A stretch of DNA of 64,000 nucleotides, taken from contig CAWDNZ010000005.1 of the NCBI GenBank assembly GCA_963803845.1, positions 610,289-674,288 on the forward strand, given 5' to 3'. A program made the translations under genes and the position numbers. The notes below the pieces were generated by a model. That model was given only the letters and a program-made list of their open reading frames with translations, was not told where the DNA came from and searched no databases. The number at the start of each line of letters is the position of its first letter. The stretch's first letter is position 1. The DNA is from an uncultured Acidimicrobiales bacterium (GTDB taxonomy: Bacteria > Actinomycetota > Acidimicrobiia > Acidimicrobiales > SZUA-35). Shown one piece after another: positions 26,371 through 35,936 of the stretch.

Positions 26371-26835
26371 TTAGGCCTGAGCTTCGTTCAGCGCCTCATC
26401 CAGGGTGTTCCACGAGAGCGTGGCGCACTTGATTCGAGTGGGGAACTTCACCACGCCTCGAAGGGCCGCCAAGTCGCCCAGCTTCCTGATCTCGTCTGCG
26501 GTAGGTTCGGTGAGCTCGGCGCCTGCCTCGGCGATGCTCATCAATCCCTTGAAGGTCTTCATCACCTCTCGGGCCTGGTCCACGGTCTTGCCCTTCACCG
26601 CAGTAGACATCATGGATGCGCTGCTCTGGGAGATGCTGCAGCCCTGGCCGCCCACTTTGACGTCGGTGATGACGTCGGAATCGTCCACGATGATGTAGAC
26701 CACGATTTCGTCACCGCAGAGCGGATTGAAGCCCTCGGCCTTGCTGGCCGGGGGTGTCTCCAGTTCGCCGGAATTACGGGGCGACCGGTAGTGGTCGAGA
26801 ATGATTTCGCGGTAGAGGTCTTCGAGATTCGACAT
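26371..26835 (-). CDS. sufU: Fe-S cluster assembly sulfur-transfer/scaffold protein SufU
   Basis: ATG 26835 gives MSNLEDLYREIILDHYRSPRN..NPLCGDEI..GQGCSISQSSASMM.. Confidence 0.9.
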   Translation of the reverse strand: MSNLEDLYREIILDHYRSPRNSGELETPPASKAEGFNPLCGDEIVVYIIVDDSDVITDVKVGGQGCSISQSSASMMSTAVKGKTVDQAREVMKTFKGLMSIAEAGAELTEPTADEIRKLGDLAALRGVVKFPTRIKCATLSWNTLDEALNEAQA

Positions 26836-26842
26836 GCTGGTC

Positions 26843-28090
26843 CTAGATTGCAAAGAACGAGCGAGCGTCGCTAAGTGCAGCAGCCAGCGTATCCACGTCG
26901 TTGGTGTCGTTGTACAGGTAGAAACTCGCCCGGGCGGTGGCGTTTACGCCCATCTCTTTCATGAGCGGCTTGGCGCAGTGGTGCCCGGGCCGAACCGCAA
27001 CTCCGTGGCTGTCGAGGATCTGGCTGACGTCGTGAGCGTGGACGTCTTTCAGTTCGATAGAAAGAACCCCACCCCGTTGAGCTGGTTCGGACGGTCCGTG
27101 AATTGTCACGTTGTCGCCCAGTTCTTCGTGAAGCTTGCGGAGGGCATAAGCCGTGAGTTCGATCTCGTGTTGGCGAATGTTCTCCATTCCTATCGCCTCG
27201 AGATAGTCGATGGCGGCAGCCAAACCTACCGCCTCGACGATCGGGGGCGTACCCGCTTCGAACTTGGACGGAACGGCGTCTGGCATGAAACCATCGATGG
27301 TCACGTTGGAGATCATCCCGCCGCCACCTAAGAACGGAGGCATTGCTTCCAGCAGCTCCATGCGGCCCCAGAGGACACCGATCCCGGACGGGCCGAGCAT
27401 TTTGTGTCCGCTGAACGCCAAGAAATCGGCACCCATGTCTGCCACGTCGGTTGGCATGTGTGGCACCGACTGACAGGCATCCACGCAAACGAGAGCTCCG
27501 GCGGCGTGGGCGGCGGGAATGAGCAGTTCCAGCGGTGTGATGGTGCCGAGCACATTGGACATCGACGTGATGCTGAGCATCTTGGCGCCGTCGAGCAGCC
27601 GATCGAGGGTGCTGAGGTCCAGTTGGCCGTCTTGGCCGAGATGGATCCACCGGATCTCAAAACCTTTTTCGGCAGCCGCCATCTGCCAGGGAACGATGTT
27701 GGCGTGGTGCTCCATCGTGGTGAGCACAATTGCATCACCGGGCCCAAGATTGGTGCGGCCCCAGCTGTAGGCCACCAAGTTGAGCGACTCGGTGGCGTTC
27801 TTGGTGAAGATGATCTCGGAGGAATCCGGTGCGCCGATGAACCGAGCGGTCTTCAGACGGGCTGTTTCGTAGGAGTTGGTGGCCGCTTCGGCGAGGCCGT
27901 AGACCCCACGGTGGACGTTGGCGTAGGCGGTGGTGTAGGCGAGGGTCATCGCGTCCAAAACCTGCGTTGGACGCTGTGACGACGCGGCCGAATCCAGGAA
28001 CGTCAACGGCTTGCCGTGCCGTTGGGTTTGGAGGATTGGGAAGTCCTTCTTCAGTGCGGCGAAGTTGGGGGTGGTGGTGGTAGCGGTCAT
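26843..28090 (-). CDS. sufS: cysteine desulfurase, SufS type
   Basis: 415 aa with ..FSGHKMLGPSGIGVLWGR.. (PLP lysine) and ..RPGHHCAKP... ATGA overlap with sufC. Confidence 0.95.
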   Translation of the reverse strand: MTATTTTPNFAALKKDFPILQTQRHGKPLTFLDSAASSQRPTQVLDAMTLAYTTAYANVHRGVYGLAEAATNSYETARLKTARFIGAPDSSEIIFTKNATESLNLVAYSWGRTNLGPGDAIVLTTMEHHANIVPWQMAAAEKGFEIRWIHLGQDGQLDLSTLDRLLDGAKMLSITSMSNVLGTITPLELLIPAAHAAGALVCVDACQSVPHMPTDVADMGADFLAFSGHKMLGPSGIGVLWGRMELLEAMPPFLGGGGMISNVTIDGFMPDAVPSKFEAGTPPIVEAVGLAAAIDYLEAIGMENIRQHEIELTAYALRKLHEELGDNVTIHGPSEPAQRGGVLSIELKDVHAHDVSQILDSHGVAVRPGHHCAKPLMKEMGVNATARASFYLYNDTNDVDTLAAALSDARSFFAI

Positions 28091-28848
28091 CGGAAGGCCT
28101 CGTAACCCTCGGCGTCGAGCTTCTGTGCCACCTCGATACCGCCGCTGTGGATGATGGCGCCCTCCATTAACACATGCACCGCATCGGGCTTGATGAATGA
28201 AAGGAGGCGCTCGTGATGGGTGATGGCCAGTGCCCCCAGGGTGGGTCGCTCTGCGCGAATTGCCTGCACGCCTTCACCAACGGTGCGCAGGGCGTCGATG
28301 TCCAGTCCGGAGTCGGTTTCATCGAGGATCGCCATTTCGGGTTCCAGTACGGCCATCTGCAGGATTTCGTTGCGCTTGCGCTCGCCGCCGGAGAACCCTT
28401 CGTTGAGGTGGCGTTCCATGAAGCTGCGGTCCATGCCCAGCTTTTCCATCCACTCCATGAGTTCGAGGCGGAGTTCCAACACGCTCATCTCGATTCCCTT
28501 CCGAGCGCTCAGGGCCTGGCGGAGGAAATTCAAGACGCTCACGCCCGATACCGCCATCGGATGCTGGAACGCCAGGAAGATTCCGGCTTTGCCTCGAACG
28601 TCGGGGCCCCAATCGGTGATGTCGTCGCCGTTGAACTTCACCGTCCCGCTGGTCACCTCGTACTCGGGAGACCCCAAGAGCACGTTGGCCAGCGTGCTTT
28701 TTCCAGAGCCGTTGGGGCCCATGATTACATGCACTTCGCCGGGCATGATGGTGAGCGACAGCCCTTTGAGGATGGGTGTGGCTTCCTCGGCAATATCGGT
28801 TGCGACTCGTGCGTGGAGATCGATGATCTCAAACAGCGGGGTGGTCAT
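28087..28848 (-). CDS. sufC: Fe-S cluster assembly ATPase SufC
   Basis: 253 aa with GPNGSGKSTLANVLLGSPEYEVTSG and FSGGERKRNEILQM. Confidence 0.95.
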   Translation of the reverse strand: MTTPLFEIIDLHARVATDIAEEATPILKGLSLTIMPGEVHVIMGPNGSGKSTLANVLLGSPEYEVTSGTVKFNGDDITDWGPDVRGKAGIFLAFQHPMAVSGVSVLNFLRQALSARKGIEMSVLELRLELMEWMEKLGMDRSFMERHLNEGFSGGERKRNEILQMAVLEPEMAILDETDSGLDIDALRTVGEGVQAIRAERPTLGALAITHHERLLSFIKPDAVHVLMEGAIIHSGGIEVAQKLDAEGYEAFR

Positions 28849-28923
28849 GGCCCCATTGTATTCGCCCGTCGAATTTCTCCTACCACCGTAGGAACAATTA
28901 CGACGATCGGTGGAAGTGGATCA

Positions 28924-30186
28924 TCACGGAGTACGGATCAGGATCGCATCGCTGATGACTGGGCCGGGTGGGACACGGAACACCATGGCCAGGGCTACGG
29001 CGGCCACGCTGCCGAACAACATCACCGGCGTGAGCCCCGCCCGTTCTACCACCGGGCCGGCGATGAGGTTGGCAACGGGAACCGTGCCGCCGAAGCTCAA
29101 CACCCACAGCGCCGAGATCCGGCCTCGGATGCTGTCATCCACGTGTTGTTGCCACATCGTGTTCAGCGTGGTGGGGACTGCAAAGTAGAACAGGGCAACA
29201 AAAAAGATGGCCGGGTAGGCCGAATCGATGGACCGTACCGTGGCCAGCCAGGCCAGAGATGCGCCGAACAGCACCAGCGTTGCTCGGGAGATGAGGACCT
29301 TCTCCACGCGCAGGAGCACCGTGCCCACGATGGCGGCTCCAACCAAAGCGCCAACTCCGAAGACGGCATAGAAATAGCCATAGGTCGTTGAGCGTGCGTC
29401 GATGCCCAGCTGTTGTTCAGCGATTGCGGGGAGTTGGCCGATGAAGGGCAGACAGAACATGGCGAACGCCGTCATCAGGAGAAGTGGCCGACCCACCTGA
29501 GCCGATCGGGACGCGGCGATGAACCCACCCAGGATTCGTTCACGAAATGCGCGGGTGGAAGAGATGGGTTCGGGGAACGAGGTCATCAAAACCGCTCCGA
29601 TCACCGCCAGGTATGAGACGGCGTTGAGAAACAGCACTTCGCTGAAGCCAAAACGGGCAACGAGGTACCCCCCGATGGCAGGACCGATGACGCGGGCCCC
29701 GTTCACCTGAACCGAATTCAAGGAGACGGCTGCGGTCAAGTTCTCCTTTCCGACCAAGGTGGGAAGTATGGAATTGAAAACGGGGGCGTAGATTCCCTGC
29801 CCCAGGCCGGTGATGAAAACGATGAGAAGCAGCAGATTGGTGTCGATGGTGTCGTCCAAGAGCAGCAGCGCAAGAACGACGGTGAATGTCATCTGCCAGA
29901 CCTGCGTTACCGCCAGCAGGACTCTGCGGTCCATGCTGTCGGCCAAGCTTCCGCCCACCAGGCTGAGGAACGCCATGGGAATGAGTTGGGCGAAAATGAG
30001 TTGGCCGAGGAACGTGTTGGAGCCAGTCAGTTCCCAACCGAGGACCCCCACGGCCACCGTTTGCATCCAGCGTCCGGCATTGCTGACGAACGAAGCGAAG
30101 TAGATTCTCCGAAAGGCCGGGATCGCCAGCGCGTCTCGAGTTGTTCCTTCTAGGTGGGTGGCGGTCACCAACCGCGTTCGATCCAC
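28924..30186 (-). CDS. MFS transporter
   Basis: 420 aa, about 12 TM helices. ..FRRIYFASFVSNAGRWMQTVAVGVL.. is MFS_3/EntS-like. Confidence 0.85.
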   Translation of the reverse strand: MDRTRLVTATHLEGTTRDALAIPAFRRIYFASFVSNAGRWMQTVAVGVLGWELTGSNTFLGQLIFAQLIPMAFLSLVGGSLADSMDRRVLLAVTQVWQMTFTVVLALLLLDDTIDTNLLLLIVFITGLGQGIYAPVFNSILPTLVGKENLTAAVSLNSVQVNGARVIGPAIGGYLVARFGFSEVLFLNAVSYLAVIGAVLMTSFPEPISSTRAFRERILGGFIAASRSAQVGRPLLLMTAFAMFCLPFIGQLPAIAEQQLGIDARSTTYGYFYAVFGVGALVGAAIVGTVLLRVEKVLISRATLVLFGASLAWLATVRSIDSAYPAIFFVALFYFAVPTTLNTMWQQHVDDSIRGRISALWVLSFGGTVPVANLIAGPVVERAGLTPVMLFGSVAAVALAMVFRVPPGPVISDAILIRTP

Positions 30187-30797
30187 TCGTCCAGGTGAGG
30201 ACGTTCGGTGGCGATCGTGGTGTCCAACCCGTGTCCGGGCATGACGATGGTGTTCTTGTCCAAGGTGAAAAGTTTGCGGTCGATGCTCTCGATGATCGTC
30301 TCGAAATTGGCGATCGAGGTGAGTTTTTCGTCGCCGAACTTGGTGGATCCCGGTCCGCCCGGGAAGAGCGTGTCGCCACTGAACAGCAGCGGCTTCTGCT
30401 CGACGTGGAAGCAGATGGAGCCCGGCGTGTGGCCCGGGGTAGCGATGGTCCGAAGGCGGAGACGGCCTACCTTGATGACGGTGTCATCCTCCAGCAAGTA
30501 GTCGTAGCTGGGGAGCATGTGTGCGTCAGCGTCGGTCACGCCCACTTCGTAGCCGGCATTGCGGACCTCGGTGACCGCCCCGATGTGGTCCCAGTGGCCG
30601 TGTGTTTCCAGAACGGTGCGCACGTTGAGTGTTTGGCAAAGCTCGAGCAGACGCTCGTGCTCATTGGCAGCATCGAGCAGTACGGCCTCACCGGTGTGGC
30701 GGCAGCGGAGAACGAAGACGTTGTTCTCCACCGGCCCAACGACGATCTTGTGGATCTCCGCGTCGGTGTCTGACCAGTGCAGCGTGGAAGACGTCAT
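30165..30797 (-). CDS. MBL-fold metallo-hydrolase (glyoxalase II-like)
   Basis: Only the last 210 aa of the spurious 670 aa ORF are used. It starts MTSSTLHW.. and has the HxHxDH motif THGHWDHIG. ATGA overlap with the upstream HAD gene. Confidence 0.85.
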   Translation of the reverse strand: MTSSTLHWSDTDAEIHKIVVGPVENNVFVLRCRHTGEAVLLDAANEHERLLELCQTLNVRTVLETHGHWDHIGAVTEVRNAGYEVGVTDADAHMLPSYDYLLEDDTVIKVGRLRLRTIATPGHTPGSICFHVEQKPLLFSGDTLFPGGPGSTKFGDEKLTSIANFETIIESIDRKLFTLDKNTIVMPGHGLDTTIATERPHLDEWIERGW

Positions 30798-31426
30798 GGT
30801 TTCAGCGTAGCCACTAGGCGGTGGGTCGCCAGATAGCGGCGACAGTCGTCCGGACCCCGTGCAACATAGGCCTGCCACCCGGCGTGGGTGGCTCCGTCCA
30901 CATTGATCTGGTTGTCGTCGAAGTAAAGGATCTCCTGAGGCTCCAGTCCCAGTGCTTGCTGAACATGGGTGTAGATGGCTGGATCCGGTTTGAGCAGATT
31001 CATCTCGAAGCTGAGAAATGGTGCGTCGAAAAGCGAACGGATTCGTTCGGCGTCGTTCTGTTCGCTCCAGTGGAGTGGGTTGGAATTGCTCAGGGCACCA
31101 ACGGTGACGGCGGGGGTTTGAGCAGCGAGTTCTTCCAGCAGTTGGGTCGCCCCGGGATAGAGGCCCTTTGGCCAGGTTGCGAAACGGCGGAGGAGTTCTT
31201 CGGGTCCGAAGGGCAGTGAGAATTCGTTTGTCAACGCGTCGACGAATTCGTTCGTGGTGGAGTGCCCGCCTTCGTAGGCCCGGACAGCGTCGGAGTGAAG
31301 CCAGCGGGGCCAGAAGTCCTCCGCCGGAGGTGCGTGCGACCCGAGGAGGTCGCTGAGCGGACCCAACTTCACAATCACTCCACCGAGATCGAAGATGACC
31401 GCCGCTGGGCGCTTCGTACTTGTCAC
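30794..31426 (-). CDS. HAD family hydrolase
   Basis: ..AAVIFDLGGVIV.. (motif I) and ..YFDDNQINVDGA.. (motif IV). Confidence 0.85.
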   Translation of the reverse strand: MTSTKRPAAVIFDLGGVIVKLGPLSDLLGSHAPPAEDFWPRWLHSDAVRAYEGGHSTTNEFVDALTNEFSLPFGPEELLRRFATWPKGLYPGATQLLEELAAQTPAVTVGALSNSNPLHWSEQNDAERIRSLFDAPFLSFEMNLLKPDPAIYTHVQQALGLEPQEILYFDDNQINVDGATHAGWQAYVARGPDDCRRYLATHRLVATLKP

Positions 31427-31493
31427 GGCGTTGACCGTAATGGTTTGCTAAGGCGTTTAGCCCCTGGCCGTAGGGAACATCGTCTCTACGCCG

Positions 31494-31775
31494 GTGGTGG
31501 GAGGGTTCCGTACTCTTGGGCTCATGATGTGGGGAGGCAGCAGACGAAGGACTCGTTCCGTGCCAGCCACCACCGCCTCGATTGTGGCGTTGGTTGGCCT
31601 GGCCGTCTCTGTTGCCATCGGTTCCTGGTGGACAGCAACCGCGGTCCAGGACGGTGACCCGGTTGGCCTCGTTGTGCGCTTTGCGCTCACGGTCGCCATC
31701 GGGACGTATTACATGGTGTGGTTGCGGAATCAAGGACACGAGGTCCCGTCGGTTCGCATTCGTCGACGCAACTGA
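31494..31775 (+). CDS. small two-TM membrane protein (hypothetical)
   Basis: 93 aa ORF (alternative ATG at 31524) ending 14 nt before the carboxyltransferase gene. Confidence 0.4.
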   Translation: MVGGFRTLGLMMWGGSRRRTRSVPATTASIVALVGLAVSVAIGSWWTATAVQDGDPVGLVVRFALTVAIGTYYMVWLRNQGHEVPSVRIRRRN

Positions 31776-31788
31776 CCAACATTGAGGC

Positions 31789-33540
31789 GTGACAAGCGCC
31801 GAACAGCACCTACTCACCGCACCGTTGATCGGGACCGTTCTTCGCCTGCCCGAGGTTGGCGAAACGATCGCCGCCGGAGAGCCGGTAGTACTGATCGAGT
31901 CGATGAAGATGGAGCATGCGGTAGCTTCTGAACAGGCGTGCCGGGTTGCAGCTGTGCTCGTTGCGGCGGGCGAGCAGGTAATCGCAGGCCAAGGACTTGT
32001 CCGCGTGGAGCAGGTGGAATCGACGGTCTCCCTACCGATCGGCGGCGAAGAAGCCGACGGTGAGTCCGTTCTTCTTGAAGAGGTACTGCGACGCCGGGGC
32101 TTTGGTTTGGATAAAAATCGCCAGAGTGTCGTGGCGAAGCGGCATGCCAGTGGTCGCCGTACCGCTCGAGAGAACATCGCCCACCTCTGCGACGACGGGA
32201 CCTTCGTGGAGTATGGCCCGCTGGTCCTGGCGGCTCAACGCCAACGTCGTACGACTGACGAGTTGATTGTGAAGACGCCGGGTGACGGCCTGGTCGGTGG
32301 CATCGGTGAGGTCGACGGTGTGCGGTGCGTCGTCATGACCTATGACTACATGGTGCTGGCGGGAACCCAGGGTTATCAGAACCACCGAAAGAAGGACCGG
32401 TTGTTCGAGTTGGCCGAGCGCCTTGAACTCCCCGTCGTCATCTTCACCGAAGGAGGCGGCGGGCGCCCCGGCGATACCGACGGTGTGGCGGTGGCTGGGC
32501 TGGATTGTCTGGCCTTCGCCCTCCTGGCAAAGCTCGCGTTGACGTTGCCGGTGATAGGCATCAACACGGGCTATTGCTTCGCAGGCAATGCCGCGCTGTT
32601 TGGAATGTGCGACGTCCGGATCTCCACCGAGGATTCCTACGTCGGTATGGCAGGCCCGGCCATGATCGAGGGTGGTGGGTTGGGTCTGGTTGCACCGCAG
32701 GAGATTGGACCGGTCGGCGATCAAACGCGCAACGGGGTGATCGACATTCTGGTAGCCGACGACGCGGCCGCTGTTGAGACCGCCCGACAGCTTCTTGCCT
32801 TTGCGGCTAGGACGATTTGTCACTCGGTCGAACGACCGGACCCCATCGCACTAGTTGATGCCGTGCCGGATAATCGGCGAGAGGTCTACGACATGCGGCG
32901 GCTCTTGGCTGGTGTTTTCGATCTCGATTCCACCGTGGAGCTGCGACCGGATTTTGGAGAGAGCGCCATCACCGCTCTGGCCCGGCTCGAGGGACAGCCA
33001 CTCGTGGTGATCGCCAGTAATTCTGCCCATCTGGGTGGGGCGATCGACACGGATGCGGCAACAACGATCTCCCGAATGCTCGCACTCGCCCAGAAATACC
33101 AGCTGCCGGTGGCCTTTTTCTGCGATACGCCGGGCTTCATGGTGGGGCCCGACGTCGAGCGAGCTGGGCTGGTCAAGGCAGCTGGAGATCTCTTCGTTGC
33201 CGGGGCGGCGTTGTCCGTTCCGTTCATCACGGTGGTGACTCGAAAAGGTTATGGGCTTGGCGCACAGGCGCTGGCGGGCGGCAGTTTCAAAGCGCCAATA
33301 GCAACGATCGGCTGGCCCACCAGCGAGTTCGGGGGAATGGGCTTGGAGGGTTTCGTGAAACTGGGCTTTCGGGACGAGCTTGCCGCCATCGAAGACGATG
33401 GCGAGCGGGAGCTGAAGTATCAGGAGATGGTGGCGAAGATGTATGAGGTAGGCAAGGGCGTGAGCATGGCGGACCACTTTGAGATCGATGACATCATCCA
33501 CCCTGTCGAGACCGCCAGGTGGCTGAAGCTCCTGTTCTGA
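31789..33540 (+). CDS. biotinyl-domain / acyl-CoA carboxyltransferase fusion protein
   Basis: The N-terminal ~70 aa carry ..GEPVVLIESMKMEHAV.. (biotin attachment E-S-M-K-M). The remaining ~510 aa form a carboxyl transferase domain. Confidence 0.85.
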   Translation: MTSAEQHLLTAPLIGTVLRLPEVGETIAAGEPVVLIESMKMEHAVASEQACRVAAVLVAAGEQVIAGQGLVRVEQVESTVSLPIGGEEADGESVLLEEVLRRRGFGLDKNRQSVVAKRHASGRRTARENIAHLCDDGTFVEYGPLVLAAQRQRRTTDELIVKTPGDGLVGGIGEVDGVRCVVMTYDYMVLAGTQGYQNHRKKDRLFELAERLELPVVIFTEGGGGRPGDTDGVAVAGLDCLAFALLAKLALTLPVIGINTGYCFAGNAALFGMCDVRISTEDSYVGMAGPAMIEGGGLGLVAPQEIGPVGDQTRNGVIDILVADDAAAVETARQLLAFAARTICHSVERPDPIALVDAVPDNRREVYDMRRLLAGVFDLDSTVELRPDFGESAITALARLEGQPLVVIASNSAHLGGAIDTDAATTISRMLALAQKYQLPVAFFCDTPGFMVGPDVERAGLVKAAGDLFVAGAALSVPFITVVTRKGYGLGAQALAGGSFKAPIATIGWPTSEFGGMGLEGFVKLGFRDELAAIEDDGERELKYQEMVAKMYEVGKGVSMADHFEIDDIIHPVETARWLKLLF

Positions 33541-33647
33541 TTCCATCCTCCCAAACGAATCTGATTTATCTGGCGAGTCGGCCGATCGTCGTCAGCGGCC
33601 TGTAGCCGGAGGGACAAAGACGACCGCCCCGCCCCCTATTCTTAGGT

Positions 33648-34496
33648 GTGGCTGTTATCGGAGCGATGATTCGACGTGATATCCCACCGGAGTTCGTGGG
33701 GGTGCATGCGGCGTCCTTAGCTCCGGTCTTTTCCGAACTCTGGGTGGTGGAGGATCTTCCCTTTGCCGGCGGGATCAGTCAACTGGGCGAGGTGCTCCGC
33801 TCCACAGAATATTGCACAGTAGGACACGGGATCGCCCCCGCACCTTTCCGCAACCCGATGGCTCTAGCGATGGAATGGGCCACACTGGCCAGGCTTCATC
33901 CGGGCCGTCTGAGCTGCGGAATTGGTCATGGGGTGCAGACCTGGATGGCCGGGATCGGTGAAAGAGTCGACTCGCCGCTCACACTTCTGGAGGAGACCAC
34001 CATTGTCACTCGGGCGCTTCTCGAAGGTCGCGATCCCGCCATCAAAGGACGATACGTGGAGGTGGAGGGCTACTCGCTGGAATTTCCACCATCGCCAACC
34101 CCACTCGTCTCGATCGGGGCGATCGGCCCAAAGACGTTGGCGCTCAGTGGCCGAGTAGCACAGGGGACGATCATTCCCGAAGGTCATGGACCTGACCACG
34201 TCGACCGGGCCGTGGAGATCATTGCCGAGGCCCGCGGTTCCGCAGGACAGAGCGGCCCTCACCGGCTCACGCTTTTCGTAGGGTTCTTCTGTGGCCCGGC
34301 CGATGAGCTCCCGCCGCCTCCGTCGGAGGAGATGATGACGTCGTGGGCCGCGATCGGCGAATCTCCAAACGAAGTGGCCGACTGCCTCGGTGAACTCCTT
34401 GAAACCGAAGTGGACAGCATTGTTCTGGTCCCGTTCGGTGATCCACAGTCGCAATTGGAACTGGCCGCAATCGACATCTTGCCCCAGCTGTTCTGA
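33648..34496 (+). CDS. luciferase-like monooxygenase (LLM) class oxidoreductase, probably F420/flavin dependent
   Basis: 282 aa with ..ELWVVEDLPFAGGISQ.. and an overall LLM pattern. Confidence 0.75.
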   Translation: MAVIGAMIRRDIPPEFVGVHAASLAPVFSELWVVEDLPFAGGISQLGEVLRSTEYCTVGHGIAPAPFRNPMALAMEWATLARLHPGRLSCGIGHGVQTWMAGIGERVDSPLTLLEETTIVTRALLEGRDPAIKGRYVEVEGYSLEFPPSPTPLVSIGAIGPKTLALSGRVAQGTIIPEGHGPDHVDRAVEIIAEARGSAGQSGPHRLTLFVGFFCGPADELPPPPSEEMMTSWAAIGESPNEVADCLGELLETEVDSIVLVPFGDPQSQLELAAIDILPQLF

Positions 34497-34533
34497 AGGC
34501 GTCTCAGCCCCGGGTGGCTACAGAAACAGCTGC

Positions 34534-35289
34534 CTAGAAAAACAGGGTGAGGGCAATGGTTGCGGCCACTGCTCCCAGGAGGGCCAGCTCTTTCACTCCC
34601 CAAGCATCGGGCACTCCTGGCGAATGGGCGATTTGTCGAGCCGTGGGCGTGCCACCCCTCGCTTCGATCGCCTCTCCCATCTCCAGGCCGCGTCGCACGG
34701 TGGCGGTAGTGGCTGTTGCTGCGAGGTCCATACCGTGAGAAAGGGGGCCCGTGAGGCGTTGGGGTCGAAAGCGGGACAGCGAGATCACCGTGGTGAACTC
34801 CTCCGCCACCAATGGCAAAGCTCGCGTGGCCAGTGCCAGACCCGCCACAACATCGTCTACCGGCACCCGCAACCACCGCAGCGGAGTGAGCAGCCAGGCG
34901 GCTGCGACCGGCAGATCGGCGGTTGGTGTAGTCCAGCCAACCAGTAGGGAAAGTCCCAGAAGTCCAAGCGTGAAGGCAAAAAGCCGCGTTTGGAGGATGG
35001 CTCCACCGAGACCGTACGGCTCGCCTCCGGCCAGTAGCGCCAATGTGATCGTGGCCACCATCATCACGATCAGGATTCGTGGCGGGCGGGGAGCAACTTG
35101 GCGGGGCAGTCTGGCAAGTATCGATCCGCCAACCACGAGAGACCAGAGCAGGCCTACCGAGATCCACGATGCATCGAAAGACACCACCAAGAGGAGGCTG
35201 ACCAGCGCCAGCACCTTGGCTCGGGGATTGGTCCGATGGATCACGGATTCCCCTTCGACGTACCGCAGAATGTGGAGGGAGTTCCTCAT
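34534..35289 (-). CDS. ecfT: energy-coupling factor transporter transmembrane component EcfT/CbiQ
   Basis: 251 aa polytopic protein with ..YVEGESVIHRTNPRAKVLALV.. 4 nt overlap with the upstream ATPase gene. Confidence 0.85.
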   Translation of the reverse strand: MRNSLHILRYVEGESVIHRTNPRAKVLALVSLLLVVSFDASWISVGLLWSLVVGGSILARLPRQVAPRPPRILIVMMVATITLALLAGGEPYGLGGAILQTRLFAFTLGLLGLSLLVGWTTPTADLPVAAAWLLTPLRWLRVPVDDVVAGLALATRALPLVAEEFTTVISLSRFRPQRLTGPLSHGMDLAATATTATVRRGLEMGEAIEARGGTPTARQIAHSPGVPDAWGVKELALLGAVAATIALTLFF

Positions 35290-35936
35290 CGATCGACGCT
35301 CTCGCGTACGCGGCCGTTGTCGATATGGAGCAGTCTTCCCCGGAATCCCTGTTGAAGGATCGGACGGCTGGCGACGAGATCGTGGGTGACGACGACCACG
35401 ATCGACTCCTGTGGCAGCTCTTCGAGCGCCTGCACCAGTTGGTGACGGGATTCTTGATCGAGACCGGCCATCGGTTCGTCGAGCAGGACGAGAGGGGTCT
35501 TGCGCACGAGCGCTCCGGCGAGCCCAACGCGCCGTTGTTGGCCCCCCGAAAGTTCATCGATACGGCGGTGGAGCAACCCGTTGAGGCCCAACCGATTCAC
35601 GGCTGGGCCGATGACGGTGGTGTGGTCGGCGAGATCCTCCAGCTCCTCCCTCACCGTGGGGCGCATCAGCTGGAGTCGGGTGTGTTGGATTACCAGCGTG
35701 ACTTGGGAGGCCTGTTCCTGTATTGGTATCCCATCCAACGTGCAGGTTCCGGCGGTCGGGACGATCAGGCCGGCCATGACCGATGCCAGCGTGCTCTTCC
35801 CAGATCCGTTTCCGCCGACCACCAAGACGCGTTCGCCCGATTCCAGGCGGAGGTTCACATCGTGCAATCCGCCGGTCTCCCACGGGGTGCCGGCGGCGTG
35901 GTCTACCCGGACGTTGTCAAGAACGAGTGCGGTCAT
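35286..35936 (-). CDS. ECF/ABC transporter ATP-binding protein
   Basis: GGNGSGKSTLASVMAGL, LSGGQQRRVGLAGAL and LLDEPMAGLD. Confidence 0.9.
   Translation of the reverse strand: MTALVLDNVRVDHAAGTPWETGGLHDVNLRLESGERVLVVGGNGSGKSTLASVMAGLIVPTAGTCTLDGIPIQEQASQVTLVIQHTRLQLMRPTVREELEDLADHTTVIGPAVNRLGLNGLLHRRIDELSGGQQRRVGLAGALVRKTPLVLLDEPMAGLDQESRHQLVQALEELPQESIVVVVTHDLVASRPILQQGFRGRLLHIDNGRVRESVDR

Noticed and set aside
30798-32177. Upstream 460 aa of the 670 aa minus-strand ORF 30165..32177
   Set aside because: Arg/Pro/Ser-rich shadow translation overlapping the HAD gene, the small membrane ORF and the carboxyltransferase gene. Only the last 210 aa (the MBL hydrolase) are real.
33596-33625. Possible fifth REP locus (GCCGGAGGGACAAAGACG)
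   Set aside because: Only the ~10 nt core box is present without the flanking family sequence. It could be a remnant or chance and is too short to call.
34259-35557. 432 aa minus-strand ORF and the 11380..12246, 35325..36437 and 28213..29391 plus-strand ORFs
   Set aside because: All are out of frame or antisense to genes with clear motifs (EcfT, ABC ATPases, SufC, MFS) and have Arg/Pro/Gly-biased composition.
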